Below, piece after piece: positions 7,392-10,583 of a stretch of 10,583 nt of DNA. This DNA comes from Coleofasciculus sp. B1-GNL1-01 (lineage in GTDB: Bacteria; Cyanobacteriota; Cyanobacteriia; Cyanobacteriales; Coleofasciculaceae): NCBI GenBank assembly GCA_040220235.1, contig JAVJTO010000117.1. The stretch is one strand, 5' to 3'. The notes under the pieces are model-generated. The model did not search any database. It was not told the origin of the DNA and was given only the letters and a program-made list of their open reading frames with translations. Both the position numbers and the translations under genes were made by a program. Numbering within the stretch: position 1 is the first letter of the stretch; each line of letters opens with the position of its first letter.

Positions 7392-8780
7392 TTATCCATT
7401 GGCTGAGTTTTGATGAGGAAGAACTAACTCGGAGGCAGAATTATCAGATTGAGAATTACCCGTTGTATCTGTTGGTAGAGGAGAATCGCGGAACATTAAA
7501 GTATAGATATCAGTCGGCATCTCAATATCTGCCGCTTGCAGTGCTTCTTTTATATGTTGACAGACTTGAGATGTCATCGTCAAAAACCCTAATCGCCGCG
7601 AATCCACCCAAAACCGCACTTCCAGATTCACCGTACTTGCGGCTAATTCTATCACCAAAATTTCCGGAGGTGGTTCTTTTTCTATTCCAGAAAGTGAGGC
7701 GAGAGCGTTTTGAATCACTTGTTTTGCCTGAGTAATATCAGCATCATAATCAATACCAACCATAACCGAACTCCGGCGGCGCGGCGAAGCGGTATTATTA
7801 ATAATACTGGCAGAGAATACTTCCTGATTCGGAATATAAACTAACCGCCCATCATAGGTTCTCATTGTAGTTGCCCGAAGGTCAATCTGCGTAATCGTCC
7901 CCTCATAATCACTAATTACCACCTGATCATTAATGCCAAAGGGTCGAGCCGCGAGTAAAATCACCCCAGAAATATAATTACTCAAAACATCTTTGAGACT
8001 GAAACCAATCGCCACACTGGTGAGTCCCAACGCCCCCAATAATGCGCCAAAGTTCAGTCCTAAAACCCCTAAAGCAACAACTGAACCCAGTACCCAGACG
8101 CCACCATAACCCAAACGTCCAATCAGAATTTCCGTACTGCGATCGCCTTCTGTCCGTTGCGCCCAACTAAAGCCAATAAATCGCACTCCTTTCGCCACTC
8201 CCCAGGTGATCCCCACCACAATTAACGCCCCTAATAAAGAGGGGAGATTTATCACCGTATCCCGTAAAAGTTGTCGTACTGTTCCATAGAGACGCTGTCC
8301 CACATCAATCGCCAAGGGCGGTTTTTTTATTGCCTGATTCAATTGTTCTGCCCATCTCTCGGCTAAGGCTTCCACTGACAAACCAAAGTCTTGGGCATCT
8401 TGCTGAGTAACCGTCATTAATACTCGGTTATTCAATCGCAACGTTGCCACTTGACGAGGGTTATCTGGGTTCACTGTCACCTGTCCCAAGGTTTCCGATT
8501 GTGCCAAAAGACTGTTAACCCGCCGATTAATAATTTTTGCTCGTTCTCTTGCGCCCAAATCCGCCAGGCTACCCACTTGGAATACAGGTCTACCTCTCAC
8601 TAAAATATCGGCAAAATAGACTTCACTATCGGGATTACTTTTCAGGGATGAATCCGCTGACGTTGGTATAGGAACCATCTCGTCTTGGGCGACACTCCGG
8701 TGAGGACTAGCTAGGAAAAGAAATCCAGTAGCAAAGACGACAAGGCTTAATCGACGTGAACCGTTAAGTAGGATTTTCAT
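7392..8780 (-). CDS. MscS-family small-conductance mechanosensitive channel with N-terminal extension
   Basis: LGALGLTSVAIGFSLKDVLSNYISG..L...RPF.I.DQV, EGTITQIDLRAT...TYDGRLVYIPN and GIDYDAD motifs. Signal-like N-terminus. Confidence 0.93.
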   Translation of the reverse strand: MKILLNGSRRLSLVVFATGFLFLASPHRSVAQDEMVPIPTSADSSLKSNPDSEVYFADILVRGRPVFQVGSLADLGARERAKIINRRVNSLLAQSETLGQVTVNPDNPRQVATLRLNNRVLMTVTQQDAQDFGLSVEALAERWAEQLNQAIKKPPLAIDVGQRLYGTVRQLLRDTVINLPSLLGALIVVGITWGVAKGVRFIGFSWAQRTEGDRSTEILIGRLGYGGVWVLGSVVALGVLGLNFGALLGALGLTSVAIGFSLKDVLSNYISGVILLAARPFGINDQVVISDYEGTITQIDLRATTMRTYDGRLVYIPNQEVFSASIINNTASPRRRSSVMVGIDYDADITQAKQVIQNALASLSGIEKEPPPEILVIELAASTVNLEVRFWVDSRRLGFLTMTSQVCQHIKEALQAADIEMPTDIYTLMFRDSPLPTDTTGNSQSDNSASELVLPHQNSANG

Positions 8781-8906
8781 GAATGGTCAGTTTTCAGCGT
8801 TTTGAACAGATTTAGCCAAAACAGATTACATGACCCATCCCTCGTTTGACTTCTAGCTACAGACAGGTAATATCATGTCCGGGGAACGCTACCCCTCTTA
8901 TAACCC

Positions 8907-8953
8907 AGTCCGCGCAGGCGGACTTTGTTTGTGTAGCAGCGATTTCAATCGCC
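8907..8953 (+). repeat. Composite REP-like repeat overlapping the pth stop codon; possible terminator
   Basis: Hairpin AGTCCGC-GCAG-GCGGACT (8907-8924) followed by GTAG-CA-GCGATT-TC-AATCGC (8933-8952). Confidence 0.7.
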
Positions 8954-9562
8954 TCCTGAACATTCAATTATCCGGTTATTGTAGAGGCTCATTGCCTTTT
9001 CGACTCCTTCCTTTAGCGAGAGTTCTATGGCGTCAACAGCGAGTGGAATGACTTCGGCAATGATCTTAGATTCTTCCGGAGAGAATTTGCCCAAGACATG
9101 ACCGACGGTGTTCTTGTCTGGATCAGATTTGCCAATTCCAATGCGTAGGCGGGGGAAACTTTGGCTTCCCAGATGAGCGATCGCGGATTTCATGCCGTTG
9201 TGTCCTCCCGCAGAACCTGATAGGCGTAGACGTAGCCGTCCAACGGGTAAATCAAGCTCGTCGTAGACAATCAAAACTGACTCTGGGGGCATTTTATACC
9301 AGTCTATTGCAGTGCGAATCGCTTGCCCAGACCGATTCATATAAGTCAGAGGTTTGAGTAAACGGAGTTTGTCACCCGTTAAGCTACGTCCCTCTGCCAA
9401 CAACGCTTGGAAGCGACGATTTTCGTTCCAAGAAATTTGCACCCGACGGGCTAGCTCATCGACGACTTCAAAACCAATATTATGACGGGTTTTGTCATAT
9501 TTGGGTTCAGGATTACCTAAACCTACAATTAGCTGAGGAATCACCAAACTGTCATTTGTCAT
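8945..9562 (-). CDS. pth: Peptidyl-tRNA hydrolase
   Basis: LIVGLGNP..KY..TRHNIGF, KPLTYMNRSG, YDELDLP.G.LRLR..GSAGGHNGMKS, RLRIGIG. Confidence 0.97.
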   Translation of the reverse strand: MTNDSLVIPQLIVGLGNPEPKYDKTRHNIGFEVVDELARRVQISWNENRRFQALLAEGRSLTGDKLRLLKPLTYMNRSGQAIRTAIDWYKMPPESVLIVYDELDLPVGRLRLRLSGSAGGHNGMKSAIAHLGSQSFPRLRIGIGKSDPDKNTVGHVLGKFSPEESKIIAEVIPLAVDAIELSLKEGVEKAMSLYNNRIIECSGGD

Positions 9563-9624
9563 TTGTCATTTTTTAGGGAACAGAAAACAGGGAATAGGGA
9601 ACAGGGAGTAGGGAATAGGGAACA
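9550..9624 (+). repeat. STRR-type heptamer tandem repeats
   Basis: (TGTCATT)x3 at 9550-9570, overlapping the pth start, then about 7 degenerate AGGGAA(C/T) units at 9575-9624. Confidence 0.85.
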
Positions 9625-9664
9625 ACTTATAATCTTATGTCATTGGTGAGTAGGGAAATTCTCC

Positions 9665-9706
9665 CTTGTCCTCCCCAGCTTCCCCAGCTCCCCCTGCTTC
9701 CCCATC
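9665..9706 (+). repeat. Degenerate 9-bp tandem repeat
   Basis: CTCCCCAGC / TTCCCCAGC / TCCCCCTGC / TTCCCCATC. Confidence 0.8.
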
Positions 9707-9760
9707 GCTTTACCTCGTGGGACTCCGACCTCAACGAAGTAGGTCGGAGGGGGATAGAGG
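9706..9760 (-). mobile_element. Probable 3' end with subterminal hairpin of the IS200/IS605-superfamily RRXRR element
   Basis: Perfect 9-bp stem CTCCGACCT-N9-AGGTCGGAG (9723-9749) just after the nuclease stop codon, followed by an abrupt switch to the host 9-mer repeat at ~9706. Confidence 0.6.
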
Positions 9761-10324
9761 TCAAACCGCGCCACTCAACGTGGTAAGGGTTGACAACCCA
9801 ACTGTTGACACCAGTCCGGTGTTTTGTTGTAACAATTGGACTTTGTTGGCGGTAAACCTCCCTATTCGCTTCCAGTTAGCGTCACTGACGGAAACTTGGG
9901 TCTTAGTATCACCAGAAACGTAACCGTAGTGGGTAACTCCAGCTTTAGCTGCTTTGACATAATCACCTTTCCTAAACCCGTGGCGGGTAACTGTGCCGCC
10001 ATAGTCGCGCCGTTTCCCTCCCTTGCTGGGGATCATTAGGTGTAATTGACGGCGACAAATTGGGGGACGGTGAATCACTGCAAACTGGCACGGTGTTACC
10101 GCAATAGACCCCAACCAAGTACCGCTTCTACCCTTAATCTGGCGATACCGCATAAATTGGGAGGCGGCTAGGCAGATCCCATCAACGGCATGGGCGGCGG
10201 GTGAGGACTCAGCTTTATTCTTGGACTTGGGTAAGCCAAGGTATTGCCGCAAGGTTGAAGTGTACCATCCCTCTTGGGTGTGGACGGTGTAACCTGCTTG
10301 TTCTAACTGCTCAATCTGCCAATA
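9761..10324 (-). CDS. 3' exon (187 aa) of an RRXRR-domain IsrB/IscB-like OMEGA nuclease interrupted by a group II intron
   Basis: YWQIEQL...GWYTSTLRQYLGLPKSKNKA..SP.AHAVDG (RuvC-III H..D), RRQLH....SKGG.R..YGG, and GFRKGDYV.A.KAG....GYVSG.T..QVSVSDANWKRIG.FT..KV.LL...TGL. These are typical of cyanobacterial RRXRR proteins. Similarity starts exactly at the intron 3' end. Confidence 0.85.
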   Translation of the reverse strand, partial: YWQIEQLEQAGYTVHTQEGWYTSTLRQYLGLPKSKNKAESSPAAHAVDGICLAASQFMRYRQIKGRSGTWLGSIAVTPCQFAVIHRPPICRRQLHLMIPSKGGKRRDYGGTVTRHGFRKGDYVKAAKAGVTHYGYVSGDTKTQVSVSDANWKRIGRFTANKVQLLQQNTGLVSTVGLSTLTTLSGAV

Positions 10325-10402
10325 GTTTGGGTCGGCGGGAGATATTGCTACCTCCCGTCTCCCTTTCAAAACCGTGCGTGACAGTTTCCCGTCACACGGC
10401 TC
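10325..10402 (-). ncRNA. Group II intron catalytic domain V and branch-site domain VI
   Basis: DV is GAGCCGTGTGACGGGAAACTGTCACGCACGGTTT (AGC triad, GAAA loop). DVI is GGGAGACGGGAGGTA-GCAA-TATCTCCCGCCGACCC. The candidate bulged A lies 8 nt before the terminal AC. Confidence 0.93.
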
Positions 10403-10457
10403 CTCAGTGACTTGACCCTTGTCATGGGCACCTCTTCCCTCGGTTAGGGTTAGGCGG

Positions 10458-10583
10458 TTAGAACGGGTTATCATCCAAATACCTCGCTAACTCTTCATGT
10501 GCCAACTGCCTCTTTTGCCTCAAGGCATCCATAGCAGTTTTTTGGTCGTGGCAATGTCTGTGCAGTAGCTGACGGTTGCTCAA
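10458..10583 (-). CDS. ltrA: C-terminus (HNH endonuclease end) of a group II intron reverse transcriptase/maturase; partial, not in the ORF track
   Basis: Translates LSNRQLLHRHCHDQKTAMDALRQKRQLAHEELARYLDDNPF*. N.QLLHRHCHD.KT is the typical En-domain end of cyanobacterial intron-encoded proteins. Confidence 0.9.
   Translation of the reverse strand: MSNRQLLHRHCHDQKTAMDALRQKRQLAHEELARYLDDNPF

Larger units (their letters stand above)
10325..10583 (-). mobile_element. 3' part of a group II intron (IIB / chloroplast-like type), continuing beyond the window
   Basis: Contains the C-terminus of the intron-encoded protein, domain V, domain VI and the terminal ...GACCCAAAC. Confidence 0.92.

Noticed and set aside
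2471..8166. Short ORFs 2471..2656, 4142..4345, 5702..5899, 7463..7735, 7978..8166
   Set aside because: They overlap well-supported genes in other frames and have no recognisable motifs.
9666..10410. Plus-strand ORFs 9666..9923, 9836..10039, 10201..10410
   Set aside because: Antisense to the nuclease exon and intron, partly repeat-derived.
9761..10474. Track ORF of 237 aa as one genuine protein
   Set aside because: Its first 50 codons are read-through of intron sequence including DV/DVI. Only 9761-10324 is nuclease exon.
1..10583. Apparent absence of CCGCGG as evidence of restriction-site avoidance
   Set aside because: Only about one site would be expected by chance in this length, so absence is uninformative.

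Overview
Cyanobacterial DNA: four perfect HIP1 octamers GCGATCGC, STRR-type short tandem repeats and many GTAG-type REP hairpins. From left to right it holds: a probable IS end that truncates a filamentous-haemagglutinin-like (TpsA) gene; a Spy/CpxP-like periplasmic chaperone; a ShlB/FhaC/HecB (TpsB) transporter; an unannotated, decayed cas2 fragment; a convergent restriction-modification pair (Eco29kI-family GIY-YIG endonuclease plus an SPPY-type, probably m4C, methyltransferase); a group I truncated haemoglobin; two MITEs; an MscS channel; and pth. At the right edge is an IS200/IS605-superfamily RRXRR (IsrB/IscB-like, OMEGA) nuclease gene interrupted by a group II intron. The intron's HNH-bearing protein tail and domains V/VI are visible, so track ORF 9761..10474 is an intron/exon chimera. 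The cas2-RM-globin block is bracketed by a diverged ~85-bp direct repeat, one copy of which is split by a MITE. All family calls are by manual motif recognition; no searches were run.
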